Source: an uncultured delta proteobacterium (GTDB lineage Bacteria > Myxococcota_A > Polyangia > Fen-1088). Taken from it: a DNA stretch of 64,000 nt. The notes below the pieces were generated by a model. The model made no database searches, was not told the DNA's origin, and saw only the letters and a program-made list of their open reading frames with translations. Location of the stretch: assembly GCA_963796685.1 (NCBI GenBank), contig CAWCMR010000025.1:1120001-1184000 (forward strand). The letters run 5' to 3'. This document shows, one piece after another, positions 20,965 through 30,509 of this stretch (positions within the stretch are counted from its first letter, which is position 1; each line of letters begins with the position of its first letter). The translations under genes and the position numbers were made by a program.

Positions 20965-21970
20965 TGGCGTGGAGCATGCTGGTTTCGTCGGCCTTGCCCT
21001 TGCCGGCAATGTCGTAGCCCGAGCCGTGGTCGACGGAGGTGCGCACCACGGGCAACCCCAAGGTGACGTTGACCGAGACCCGCGGAAAGGCCGGCTTGAC
21101 GGCCACCAATCCCTGGTCGTGGTACATGGCCAGGATCAGCTTGTAGCGTTTCACCCGCGCGATGAAGAAGGAGTCGGCGGGGAAGGGCCCGTCGCAGGTC
21201 CAGCCTTGCTCGCGCGCCCTCTCCATGGCGGGCAGGATGAGTCTATCTTCTTCGAGACCGAGAAGGCCGTGCTCGCCCGCGTGCGGGTTGAGCCCGAGCA
21301 CGGCGACCGGCAACTTTCGACCGTAGTACTTGCGCCCGGCGGCGGCGAGCATCGCGATGGTGGTGGCGATGCCCTGTTGGGATAGGTTCTTGGCGACGTC
21401 GACGAGCGGGACATGCGTCGTTTGCAGGGCCAAGATGTACTCGGGGGTCAGAAAGGCCATGCGCTCATCGTGGACGCCGAGCTCTTCGGCCAGGTAGCCG
21501 GTGTGGCCGACGAAACCAGGTTCGACCTTGGCCACGGCCTCCTTGGTCATGGGGGCGGTCACGATGGCGGCCACGGCCCCCCGTCGCGCCTTGTCGATGG
21601 CGAAATCGAGGTAATTGAGCTGCTGCCGGCCGTACGCGGGTACGCCGAAGCGAAAGTCCGCCTTGGCGAGCTTGCTCAGCTCGAACAGGCGAATGCGGGT
21701 GGGCGCTTGCAAGGTGGCGGAGAAAGCATCGACGACTTCGACGGGAATGCTTGCGCGCACGATGCGCTTGGCGTACCCGAGCACGTTGCCATCCCCCGCG
21801 ACGTACAGATTCGCCGGGCGCGCGGCGAGCAGCGCGCCTATGCTCTTGGCAAGGGTCGACCTTGGCCGCGCGAGAGCCGCCAGAGCGCTGACGATGACCT
21901 CGCCGGAGATGCCCGCGGGGTCGCCCAGGGTGATGAGGATGTTCTTGACCGGCTTCATCGGCAGCTTCAT
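20933..21970 (-). CDS. pdxA: 4-hydroxythreonine-4-phosphate dehydrogenase
   Basis: ITLGDPAGISGE, VTAPMTK, GHTGYL, GLNPHAGE, AMYHDQG, VNVTLGLPVVRTSVDHG. Start 21970 or 21958. Confidence 0.93.
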   Translation of the reverse strand: MKLPMKPVKNILITLGDPAGISGEVIVSALAALARPRSTLAKSIGALLAARPANLYVAGDGNVLGYAKRIVRASIPVEVVDAFSATLQAPTRIRLFELSKLAKADFRFGVPAYGRQQLNYLDFAIDKARRGAVAAIVTAPMTKEAVAKVEPGFVGHTGYLAEELGVHDERMAFLTPEYILALQTTHVPLVDVAKNLSQQGIATTIAMLAAAGRKYYGRKLPVAVLGLNPHAGEHGLLGLEEDRLILPAMERAREQGWTCDGPFPADSFFIARVKRYKLILAMYHDQGLVAVKPAFPRVSVNVTLGLPVVRTSVDHGSGYDIAGKGKADETSMLHAIKAALELTKT

Positions 21971-22070
21971 CGGGAGGCGCCGATTATCCTCGCCGTCGCG
22001 GGTCATTTCACGCGAATTCCGCCGCCCGTGACTCCTCCGCGTTGGTATAAGATGGCCAGAGGAGATCACG

Positions 22071-22448
22071 ATGGAACTTGCGGACCTCAACGAAGATGAA
22101 CAACTGGCGCTGGCTGGACTGCTCGAATTCGTGGTCATGGCCAGTGGGCACGTGACCGATGACGAAGAGCAGGAAATCGCGGCCATCGTCGAGGCCATCG
22201 GCGACGAGCCCTACCGCAAGGCCGTGGAGGAGGTGGACAAGCGCTTCCCCGACGAACAGGCGTTGCGGGTCTTTCTCTCGTCCATCGGGCGCCAGGAGGC
22301 GCGCGAAGTCATTTATGGCACGGTGATCGAAGCCGCCATGACCGACACGGTAGAGGGAAGGGAATCGGCCCTGCTCGACTGGCTGGCCAAGGAATGGAAG
22401 GTGGAGGTCACGTACGAAGAGCCGCCGGCCGGCGAAGAAGCCACCTGA
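22071..22448 (+). CDS. Acidic TerB-like hypothetical protein
   Basis: GAGGAG SD; 'ASGHVTDDEEQEI' and 'DTVEGRESALLDWLAKEW' resemble TerB-like helical repeats. Confidence 0.6.
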   Translation: MELADLNEDEQLALAGLLEFVVMASGHVTDDEEQEIAAIVEAIGDEPYRKAVEEVDKRFPDEQALRVFLSSIGRQEAREVIYGTVIEAAMTDTVEGRESALLDWLAKEWKVEVTYEEPPAGEEAT

Positions 22449-22466
22449 TCCGCAGTTGCAGCTTCG

Positions 22467-22937
22467 TCACAGCCGCCTCACGGTCGCATCGGGCTTGCAC
22501 CGGTCGAGTGACTCGCCGCTGACCGGGTGACGCAGCTCCGGGAGCGCCACGTCGGCAAGAGGGATGCGCACGAAGGGACGCGACAAAAGGGCGGGATGGG
22601 GAACGCGCAGTCCCGGCTCGTCGATCACCGCTGCGCCGTAGAGAAGCAGGTCGATGTCGATGGTGCGCGGGGCCTTGGCCGGATGCCCGGGACGCATGCG
22701 TCCCTGCGCGCGTTCGATGCCGAGACACCCGTGCAGGAGCGCACGCGCGGAAAGCGCGGTTTCGAGCCTCACCGCTGCGTTCAAGTACATCGGCTGGTCT
22801 GCCCCACCCTCGGGAAGGGTTTCGTACAGAGCGCTGCTCGCCGCCACCTGGCCGAGTGTGGACAGCGCCCGGACGGCCCGTGCGATTTCGGATCGCCGGT
22901 CGCCGAGGTTCGAGCCCAAACCGAGGTAGGCAACCAT
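22467..22937 (-). CDS. folK: 2-amino-4-hydroxy-6-hydroxymethyldihydropteridine diphosphokinase
   Basis: AYLGLGSNLG, SALYET, YLNAAV, PRTIDIDLLLY, LRVPHP, RPFV. Confidence 0.95.
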   Translation of the reverse strand: MVAYLGLGSNLGDRRSEIARAVRALSTLGQVAASSALYETLPEGGADQPMYLNAAVRLETALSARALLHGCLGIERAQGRMRPGHPAKAPRTIDIDLLLYGAAVIDEPGLRVPHPALLSRPFVRIPLADVALPELRHPVSGESLDRCKPDATVRRL

Positions 22938-22993
22938 GGCGCGGGCAGCTTACGCGAACGCTCGCGCCCCGGCATGGTAAGAACGTCGCTCGC

Positions 22994-23788
22994 ATGCTCG
23001 AAGCCCTTACCGCTGCTGGGTTGACCGGCTTGGCCACCGGCCTCGGGGCCTTCCCTTTCTTCTTCCTGCGCCGCCTTCCGCGGCGCGCCTACGACGGCAT
23101 CCTGGGAGTTGGTGCCGGCCTCATGCTGGCCGCCGCGACCCTCGGTCTTTTGGCCGAGGCGCTCGCGGGCGTGCACGGCTCCACCGGGTTCGATAGAGTC
23201 GTCCTCGGTAAGGTGGTGCTGGGCTTCCTCCTCGGGGTGGTGGTCGCCGCGCTCATGGATCGCTTCATCCCCCACCGGCACGCGGGCGGGCACCACGGTC
23301 ACATCGGGCTCGAAGGCCACGACGATCACAAATCATCCGACGAGCTCCGGCGCAGCTACGCCATCGTCGGAGCGCTCAGCATCCACCGCATCCCCGAGGG
23401 CCTCGCCATCGGGGCCGGTTTCGCCTCGGGTCACGGCTCCCGCCTGGGTTGGTTGCTCGTCATCTCGGTCGGCATTCAGAACATCTGCGAGGGCGTGGTC
23501 ATGGGCGCGCCTCTGCGGCTATCCGGGGTCCCGCCATGGCGCGCCCTGCTCGTGATTGCCGCGAGCGGCCTGGCGGTTCCGCTCGGCGCCGTCCTGGGCA
23601 ACGCGCTTTCCACCTCTGCCGTGGCCACCCTGCCCATTGTCCTGGCCCTGGCAGGTGGCATTCTCATCTACGTGACCTCGAACGAGGTCATCCCCGAGTC
23701 GCACAGCCATGGCCACGAAGGCACCGCCTCCACGGGTGTCGTTCTCGGATTCTTGCTCACCATGGTCCTTGGGGCAGTCCTTCGTTGA
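22994..23788 (+). CDS. ZIP-family (GufA/ZupT-like) metal transporter
   Basis: LATGLGA, AGLMLAA, His-rich loop HRHAGGHHGH, IHRIPEGLAIG, IQNICEG, EVIPESHSHGH. Confidence 0.88.
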   Translation: MLEALTAAGLTGLATGLGAFPFFFLRRLPRRAYDGILGVGAGLMLAAATLGLLAEALAGVHGSTGFDRVVLGKVVLGFLLGVVVAALMDRFIPHRHAGGHHGHIGLEGHDDHKSSDELRRSYAIVGALSIHRIPEGLAIGAGFASGHGSRLGWLLVISVGIQNICEGVVMGAPLRLSGVPPWRALLVIAASGLAVPLGAVLGNALSTSAVATLPIVLALAGGILIYVTSNEVIPESHSHGHEGTASTGVVLGFLLTMVLGAVLR

Positions 23789-23802
23789 TTCTTGGGTCGG
23801 TT

Positions 23803-24303
23803 ATGGCAAATACTCCGCCCGTGCCTAGGTTTGCTCCGTTCTTCCTCGCCCTCGCGCTGCTGGTCCCTGCCTGCGGCTCGAAGATTGGCGATTCCTGCAG
23901 CACCAACGTGGACTGCGCCCAGGACGGGACCCGCGATTGCGACCTCTCGCAACCGGGCGGCTACTGCACCGTCAACGGCTGCGACGAGCTGTCCTGTCCA
24001 TCCGAGGCTGTCTGCATCCGCATCTTTCCCTACGAGGCGCCGGGAGCGGCCTGCACGATTGACTCGGATTGCGCAAGCGCCGACCTCCTGTGCCTGCCCG
24101 AGGGATTTTGCGTTCCCCGCGCCGCCGAGCGCCGCTACTGCGAGCTCCGCTGCGGCAGCGACGGCGACTGCCGAGGGGGCTACGTTTGCCGTGAAGCCGG
24201 CGTCGAAGGCAACACCCCGACTACCAACACCTACGGCAGCATCGCCCTGGTGGCCAATGCCAACCAGAGCACGGTCGTAAAATTCTGCGCTCCTGGGCCG
24301 TAG
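23803..24303 (+). CDS. Cys-rich lipoprotein
   Basis: Lipobox LVPAC; GDSCSTNVDC, PGGYCT, CGSDGDCRGGYVC typical of myxobacterial Cys-rich lipoproteins. Confidence 0.75.
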   Translation: MANTPPVPRFAPFFLALALLVPACGSKIGDSCSTNVDCAQDGTRDCDLSQPGGYCTVNGCDELSCPSEAVCIRIFPYEAPGAACTIDSDCASADLLCLPEGFCVPRAAERRYCELRCGSDGDCRGGYVCREAGVEGNTPTTNTYGSIALVANANQSTVVKFCAPGP

Positions 24304-24718
24304 TAATGGGAACCCTGGAAGGGTTCCCAAACCCTCCCGCGCTCGGGCGAAGCCGGGCGAAGCCCGTCTTCGCCTACGCGTGTGTAATGGGAACCCTCGA
24401 AGGGTTCCCAAACCCTCCCGCGCTCGGGCGAAGCCGGGCGAAGCCCGTCTTCGCCTACGCGTGTGTAATGGGAACCCTCGAAGGGTTCCCAAACCCTCCC
24501 GCGCTCGGGCGAAGCCGGGCGAAGCCCGCCTTCGCCAACGCGTGTAGTAATGGGAACCCTCGAAGGGTTCCCAAACCCTCCCGCGCTCGGGCGAAGCCGG
24601 GCGAAGCCCGCCTTCGCCAACGCGTGTGTAATGGGAACCCTCGAAGGGTTCCCAAACCCTCCCGCGCTCGGGCGAAGCCGGGCGAAGCCCGCCTTCGCCA
24701 ACGCGTGTAGTAATGGGA
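24304..24718 (+). repeat. Five tandem 81-82-bp units of the two-hairpin repeat family
   Basis: TAATGGGAACCCT.GAAGGGTTCCCAAACCCTCCCGCGCTCGGGCGAAGCC... starting at 24304, 24385, 24466, 24548 and 24629; partial unit at 24711. Confidence 0.93.
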
Positions 24719-24728
24719 GCGCGGTCCG

Positions 24729-25139
24729 TTATCGGCGGAAGCCGAGCAGCAGATCGGTCGTGGCCTGATCTGCGGCTGGAAAGGGGTACTTCTCGAACTC
24801 GCTCGACCGCACCCAGCGCACCTCGGCCACGCGCAAGGCAAGAGGCTCGTGCCCAGGTTGGATCGCGGTCTGGTAGAGATTCAGATCCACCGAGTACCCT
24901 TGGTAGTGGTGAACTCGATGCGCCATGCGCGTCTTGACCTCGACGTCGGTGCCAAGGCGTTCGCGAAGCTCCCGTCGCAGAGCCTCTTCGTCGGTCTCGC
25001 CTTCTTCCACCCGGCCGCCTGGGAATTCCCAGAGCCCGGGGAGCACGGCCGTGGAGCGTCGCTGGGTAATCAGGTAGCTGCCGTCACGTTCGATCACGGC
25101 GGCTACAAGTCGAATCAGCGGCTGAGCCTCGTTCGCCAT
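24729..25139 (-). CDS. NUDIX (MutT/NudG-like) (d)NTP pyrophosphohydrolase
   Basis: WEFPGGRVEEGETDEEALRRELRERLG Nudix box; FPAAD. Confidence 0.9.
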   Translation of the reverse strand: MANEAQPLIRLVAAVIERDGSYLITQRRSTAVLPGLWEFPGGRVEEGETDEEALRRELRERLGTDVEVKTRMAHRVHHYQGYSVDLNLYQTAIQPGHEPLALRVAEVRWVRSSEFEKYPFPAADQATTDLLLGFRR

Positions 25140-25353
25140 GGGGGGCAGTACTGTACCACGGATCGCCCCCCATGGGCGAAGTCCCTAGTCCCGCGACAAG
25201 AAGAGTGACAGCGCGGAGGGTAGCAGAAAGAGACACCTTTCCACGATGGATGAACGCACCCAATCGGAGCGATGACGGGTGGTCGTGGACGTAGACGGCT
25301 TACCGTGGCCGTGGCCGTGGCCGACGAAGCCCTGGTCGGGATTTCCGTCTCCT

Positions 25354-27237
25354 CTAGAAGCTGATCCCGCTCTTCTGGCAAGCCGACTTCACGTACAGCT
25401 TGTTGCGCTCGTCCAGCCGCTCGAAGGCCTTGGCCGCCGAACCGGCATCGTGCAAGGCGCACGAGCAGACCGCGATGATTTGATAGGCGTTGGTCAGGTT
25501 GGGCTTCACGCGAAGAGCCCTGCGGGCAGAGTCGATGGCGGCCGCATACTGACCGCGGAACCATGCTTGCTGAGCATCCTTGATGAGCTTGTCCGGATCG
25601 GCGACAGGGGCGGGCTCGGGCCCGGAAGGCTCGACCTCGGATCTGGGTTTGGACGCACGCGCAACGACCGGCGCCGCTGCGGGATGGTGATGTGTGGGCC
25701 TGGGTGCTTCGGCGACCGGCGCGAGCGCGGGTTGTTTCGCCATGGCCTCGCACCGCTTGACCACGGCCGCGGCCTTCTTGTTCTTGGCCTCCACGCCCAG
25801 GACCGCTTCAGCCTCGCGGCGAGCCTCGTCGCAATCGTTGGCCGCGAGCTTGGCCCTGGCTGCTTCGAGATGCGTCGCCACGAATCGAGCTTGCGCGCTC
25901 TTGTGCAGCTCGACCGCGCGCGGTTTGTACATGCTCTCGTCGGGAAACTCGGAGGTCCCTTGCAGCACGGTTTCCAAGTCGTTGTTGGCCATGGCTGCCT
26001 TCAAGGCTGCGAGCTTCTCGCTGTATTGCTTCTCCGCCTCGATGGCCTTGCGCAGGTTGGTCGCATCGGTCGAGCCCGGTTCTTGTGCGATGGCCTTGCC
26101 GACGAGAGCCAAAGCCTCTTCCCACTTTTCGGCCTGCGCGTCCTTTTTTGCCTCGGCAAGCAGATCGGCCACGGACACCGCCGGCTCGGCAGGCTTGGGC
26201 TCCTCGGCGATGGGCTGGGCGGGCGACTGCGCGGGCGCCTGGGCGGGCGGCGGCGTGGGTAGTGGCGCAGGGGGCGCAGGGGGCGTGGGCTGCGCCGGTT
26301 GCCCCACGGGAGCAACCGGGACGTTGTTCGCCACTGCTGGCGGGGCCGGCGGCGCTGGCGGCGGCGCACTCTTGGCGATCTTGCCGCCCGGTGTGCCCGA
26401 GAAAGCGAAGACCAGCAACAGCCCTACCCCGACGGCTCCCACGCCCACGGCCAACCCGAGAAGGCGTTTGTTATGGTACCAGGCGCGCGGCTCGTCGTAG
26501 AGCGCGCTGTCGCCGGACAGAAAGCGCAGCCGAACCTCGCCAAGCTCGATGACATCGCCCGAGTGCAGCTCGATCCGATCGCCTTCCGCCCCACCCACGC
26601 GAACGCCGTTTGCGCTCTCCAGATCCCAAATGACGTAGCGGCTTCCCTCGCGCACGATCCTGGCGTGGTGCCGCGAGATCGACTTGTGGTTGATGATGAT
26701 GTCGTTCTCCCCCGTGCGGCCAACGACGTGCGATGGCCGATCGAGAATGAACTCGGTCCCGGACATGAAACGACTGGTGACCACGAGCCGCCCCGGAGGC
26801 TCGGAGAAGGCGGTCGGCGCCGCCATGGCGGCCTGCGCGAGCATCGTGCCGATGGGGATGGTTGGTTGGCCATCCATGGCTTCTTCGACGGGCGGGGCCG
26901 CGGCAGCACCCTCCGGCGACGTCGACGCAACGGCGCCCTGGCTGGTACGATCCTCCTGGATACCGAGGCGATAGTCGCCGATGAGAATGACGTCGCCGTC
27001 CTTGAGGCTCGCCACCCCGGACAGCGCGCTGCCGTTCAGGCTGGTGCCGTTGTAGCTGCCCAGATCCTCGATTCTGAGCACGCCGTTGCGCAAGGTCAGG
27101 CGAGCATGTCTGCGCGACACGTTTTGCTCGGTCAGACGAATGGTGTTGCCATCCGAGCGACCGATGGTGATTTCCTCGCGGATGAGCGGTACGGCGACCG
27201 TCTTCCCTTCATCGTCCTCGATGAGCAGCTTATGCAT
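25354..27237 (-). CDS. Double-FHA-domain membrane protein with Pro-rich linker and C-terminal TPR-like region
   Basis: FHA motifs IGRSDGN...VSRRHA...DLGSYNGT and VGRTGEND...ISRHHA...DLESANGV; TM LLGLAVGVGAVGVGLLLVFAF. Confidence 0.85.
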   Translation of the reverse strand: MHKLLIEDDEGKTVAVPLIREEITIGRSDGNTIRLTEQNVSRRHARLTLRNGVLRIEDLGSYNGTSLNGSALSGVASLKDGDVILIGDYRLGIQEDRTSQGAVASTSPEGAAAAPPVEEAMDGQPTIPIGTMLAQAAMAAPTAFSEPPGRLVVTSRFMSGTEFILDRPSHVVGRTGENDIIINHKSISRHHARIVREGSRYVIWDLESANGVRVGGAEGDRIELHSGDVIELGEVRLRFLSGDSALYDEPRAWYHNKRLLGLAVGVGAVGVGLLLVFAFSGTPGGKIAKSAPPPAPPAPPAVANNVPVAPVGQPAQPTPPAPPAPLPTPPPAQAPAQSPAQPIAEEPKPAEPAVSVADLLAEAKKDAQAEKWEEALALVGKAIAQEPGSTDATNLRKAIEAEKQYSEKLAALKAAMANNDLETVLQGTSEFPDESMYKPRAVELHKSAQARFVATHLEAARAKLAANDCDEARREAEAVLGVEAKNKKAAAVVKRCEAMAKQPALAPVAEAPRPTHHHPAAAPVVARASKPRSEVEPSGPEPAPVADPDKLIKDAQQAWFRGQYAAAIDSARRALRVKPNLTNAYQIIAVCSCALHDAGSAAKAFERLDERNKLYVKSACQKSGISF

Positions 27238-27372
27238 CGTACCCGGCACTCTCGCTCCTCGACAATGTATCCGCACCCCTCGTGCGGATCAAGACAAGGG
27301 CACTCTTCGTGAAATCCTCTGGCTTCGGTTCGGCATTATGCGCCAAGGCGGTGCGTGCGCAAGCGGTTGCAT

Positions 27373-28314
27373 TCACACGCTCCGCAGCTCGGGATAGGTC
27401 GTCATGAGATCGGTTTCGGTCAGCGAATCCTCCGGGTCGGCGGGGGTCCAGATGACCTCGAGCCCAAGCAAGGCGCTCGACGGCACGCCACCAAGCTCGG
27501 ACAGGACCGCTTCGAGGGCCGCGCGATCCTCGATCTTCTTCATTCCGTCGAGCGAAACCCGCGTGGCCACCAAGAGGGTGATGACCAGGAATTCGAGCGC
27601 CTCGCTGCCCACCGTGGCCGCCGCCTCGGAGTGCCGCACCTGACCCTCGGCACCCCGCACGCGTTCGATCTGGAAGCGCGAGCGCTCGGTCGTGGCGGCG
27701 CCGGTCATCTTGGCCTCGCCGTTGGTGAGACTGAAGGGACCACTCGGTTCGACCAGGCCATAGCGAATGGCGTCCTTTTCGCGCATGAGCTCCAGCGCCG
27801 TCTGGTGCAGGAGCTCGGCAAGACCGGCCTCGGAAGAGGTGTCGCCCGTGCTGGCGAATTCCTCGAGCCGCTTCTGAACCCCGCGGCCCGAGCGCCCGAG
27901 GCCGAGTTGGACCTTATAGACGTACGCACGCTCCATGGAAGCGTCCACGTCGTCGTACTCGTCGTTGCCGGTTCCGTAGCCGAGGACGCCGCGGCGGGCC
28001 GCGCGCCGGACGGACCGAACCACCATGACCGCGCCGAAGCAGACGATGCCTACCAGCATGAGACTGCCCACCATGCCGAGGCCGCCACCAAAGCCCCAAC
28101 CCCCGTACCCCCAGCCGAAGCTGGGCAGAAAGACGAAGCTCGAGCCGCCGCCGTAGTTACCCGAGCTTCGCGAAAGGCCGCGCGAAACACCGCCCGAGCT
28201 CGAGTGGAAGCCGCGCAGCCCGCCGAAGCTGCCGCCGGACCTGGGCCCGGCGTAGGCCAAGCCGGAGGCAGCGAGCAGACACACAAGGCAGAACAACCGA
28301 AGCAAGCGCATCAT
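27373..28314 (-). CDS. DUF1517-like membrane protein
   Basis: Signal peptide, Gly/Ser-rich RSGGSFGG, TM, then 'ADTS..GLAELL' type segment and C-terminal LEVIWTPADPEDSLTETDLMTTYPEL. Confidence 0.75.
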   Translation of the reverse strand: MMRLLRLFCLVCLLAASGLAYAGPRSGGSFGGLRGFHSSSGGVSRGLSRSSGNYGGGSSFVFLPSFGWGYGGWGFGGGLGMVGSLMLVGIVCFGAVMVVRSVRRAARRGVLGYGTGNDEYDDVDASMERAYVYKVQLGLGRSGRGVQKRLEEFASTGDTSSEAGLAELLHQTALELMREKDAIRYGLVEPSGPFSLTNGEAKMTGAATTERSRFQIERVRGAEGQVRHSEAAATVGSEALEFLVITLLVATRVSLDGMKKIEDRAALEAVLSELGGVPSSALLGLEVIWTPADPEDSLTETDLMTTYPELRSV

Positions 28315-28406
28315 GAGAGCCTCACGACAGGAGAGCTTAGCGGTCCGGCCAAGCAAAGGCAAAGCCTCGTGAGCGCCGGGGTGCTCAACGGAAAGAGAGG
28401 CCTCTA

Positions 28407-28445
28407 AGGAAGCCAGGAAGCCAAGAAGCCAAGAAGTCAGGAATG
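28407..28445 (+). repeat. Short 8-bp tandem repeat (AAGCCAGG/AAGCCAAG); related copies at 35003-35025 and inverted at 35092-35108
   Basis: AAGGAAGCCAGGAAGCCAAGAAGCCAAGAAGTCAGGAATGG. Confidence 0.6.
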
Positions 28446-28578
28446 GGTGGCATGGCCGCTGGGGTACCCTGAGCGCGGCGTGTGGGACCGTCGCGCCGTG
28501 ATGGCTCGCACGGAAACGGTCAAACATGGCTGGATGCCCAGTCCTATTGGTGCGAAAGATCGTGGTGGCGGAGATGCC

Positions 28579-30255
28579 TTGACGATTCCCAGCCCCAAAC
28601 AAGCCTGCCCACGCCGAAATCGCCCCGGCTCCACGCTGTCGCTCGCCGTCGCCGCGGCCTTGCTCTCCGCGCTCGCGTGCGCCTCGTCGAGCACGATCGC
28701 CCCTACCGGGGCCGGTGGTGGCGGCGGCACTTCGTTCTCGGCCGCGGGTGGCGCCATGAGCGGTACCGGCGGCAGCATCGTGATTTCGACCAACGCGGTT
28801 CCGTGCAACGGGTCGGGCTATTCGTGCCTTGTCCCCAAGTGCGGCAACGTGGACACCGGCACCACGGTGAGCGGCACGGTCTTCGATCCGTCCGGGAAGA
28901 ATCCCGTCTACGGAGCGGTCGTGTACATCCCGGACCAACCCGACCAGATCGGCGACATCTCCCAGGGGCCCGGCAACCTGTGTGGGCGGTGCGTGCAACC
29001 CACCGGCAGCCCCATCACGGGCGCGGTGACCGGCCCCGACGGCTCCTTCGTCATCACGCGAACGCCCGTGGGCCGGCAGATCCCCATCGTGGTTCAGCTC
29101 GGCAAATGGCGCCGCATGAGCTTCATCGATATCGACAACGCCTGCGCAGACAATCCCGTGGACGATCCGGAGCTGACCCGCTTGCCGCGCAGCCGCGGCG
29201 ACGGCAAGAAGGTCTCGTTGCCCAAAATCGCCATTGCCACCGGGGCCGCGGATCGGCTGCAATGCCTGCTCCTGCGCATGGGCGTGGATGCCAGCGAGTT
29301 CACCAATCCCGACGGGCCAGGCTCCGTCAATCTCTACAACCAGCCACCCGCCCTGGGCTCCGATCCCAGCGGCCGCTACGACCCCGGGATGAGCGGCGGG
29401 GCCGCCTTCCCGGACGCCGCTGCCTTCTGGTCGGACATCAATCAGCTCGCGAAGTACGACCTGGTCCTGCTGGCTTGCGCAGGCAACCAGGCCGCCACGG
29501 ATCCGACGCGAACCAATCCCAACCCCATCACCGACGCCGCCAAGGCCAGCCTGATCAAGTACCTGGCAAGCGGCGGGCGCGTGCTCGGCGAACACTTCAA
29601 TTGGGCCTGGATCCGGTCCTACCCTCCGAAGAGCGACGGCCAGTCCAGCCTCCCGGTCCCGTCGCCTCTCGGCTCCGATGTGGCCACCTGGTTTCCCTAC
29701 CTGGATACCACGGATGCGGCGAGCTCGGCCGTGCCGGCGGGGACGACCGCGCAGGCGCTGGTCGATACCTCTTTCCCCAAGGGCCGGGACTTCGCGCAGT
29801 GGCTGGTGGCGGCCAAGGCCACCCAAACCCTCGGCACCTTCCCCCTGGTGGGCGACCTCAAGCGTACCGCCATCGACGAGCTGACCGTGTTGCCGTCCGC
29901 GCAGCGCTGGCTCTACCAGCCGGCCTCCCCTGGCGACCCCACGGGCGCCGCCGCGTACGCCCATTACCTGAGCTTCAACCTCACGAGCAGCGGCCAAGTG
30001 GTGGACCGCGGCTCGACGGACGCGACCAACCTGTGCGGCCGCTTCGCGTACACCGGCCTGCACGTGGATTCGGGGGATACCACCACGCATGCCAGCGACC
30101 TGGCCGACGACAAGGCCAGGACGGCGCCTTTTCCGAGCTGTTGCGCCGCCGGCAATCTGAACCCGTCCGAGAAGGCCATGGAGTTCATGGTGCTCGACCT
30201 GTCGGCCTGCCTATCGCTCGACGCCGACACGACCGCAGATCGAATCATCTTCTAA
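28579..30255 (+). CDS. Cys-rich myxobacterial lipoprotein with a carboxypeptidase-regulatory-like (Ig) domain
   Basis: Lipobox ALAC; TTVSGTVFDPSGKNPVYGAVVYIP, VVQLGKWRR, LPKIAIATGAADRLQCLL, EKAMEFMVLDLSAC. Start TTG 28579 inferred from GGAG. Confidence 0.7.
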   Translation: MTIPSPKQACPRRNRPGSTLSLAVAAALLSALACASSSTIAPTGAGGGGGTSFSAAGGAMSGTGGSIVISTNAVPCNGSGYSCLVPKCGNVDTGTTVSGTVFDPSGKNPVYGAVVYIPDQPDQIGDISQGPGNLCGRCVQPTGSPITGAVTGPDGSFVITRTPVGRQIPIVVQLGKWRRMSFIDIDNACADNPVDDPELTRLPRSRGDGKKVSLPKIAIATGAADRLQCLLLRMGVDASEFTNPDGPGSVNLYNQPPALGSDPSGRYDPGMSGGAAFPDAAAFWSDINQLAKYDLVLLACAGNQAATDPTRTNPNPITDAAKASLIKYLASGGRVLGEHFNWAWIRSYPPKSDGQSSLPVPSPLGSDVATWFPYLDTTDAASSAVPAGTTAQALVDTSFPKGRDFAQWLVAAKATQTLGTFPLVGDLKRTAIDELTVLPSAQRWLYQPASPGDPTGAAAYAHYLSFNLTSSGQVVDRGSTDATNLCGRFAYTGLHVDSGDTTTHASDLADDKARTAPFPSCCAAGNLNPSEKAMEFMVLDLSACLSLDADTTADRIIF

Positions 30256-30274
30256 CCCTCGCCGGCACGATTCT

Positions 30275-30463
30275 CGATGGCCTCCCGCTGGGACCGCGCT
30301 GGAACCTCGATGAGAGTCCGATGCATCGGCGATGTATGCCGGCTTAACGTGCCATCCTCGGCCTGATCCGCCCTTGTGCGAACCGCGATGCAACCTCGAC
30401 CAAGTACGATGGAACCCCGATTGTCCAGTCTGCGCTAACTCCGATACAAGCCCGATGCAAGTT
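30275..30463 (+). promoter_or_regulatory. Phased array of about 12 11-bp direct repeats (core CG[A/C]TG), putative cooperative operator
   Basis: Cores at 30275, 30286, 30297, 30308, 30319, 30330, then 30386, 30397, 30407, 30418, 30442, 30453. Confidence 0.6.
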
Positions 30464-30509
30464 GGTGGAAATTTTACGGCGAAGCGGGTCAGGCGTAGGG
30501 TTTTCGCTG

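Noticed and set aside
24304-24718. Possible CRISPR array (regularly spaced palindromic repeats)
   Set aside because: The would-be spacers are nearly identical, so it is a whole-unit tandem repeat; no cas genes in the window.
28315-30090. N-terminal ~590 aa of the 905-aa ORF 27373..30090
   Set aside because: Antisense to the plus-strand lipoprotein; the real gene starts at 28314 with a signal peptide.
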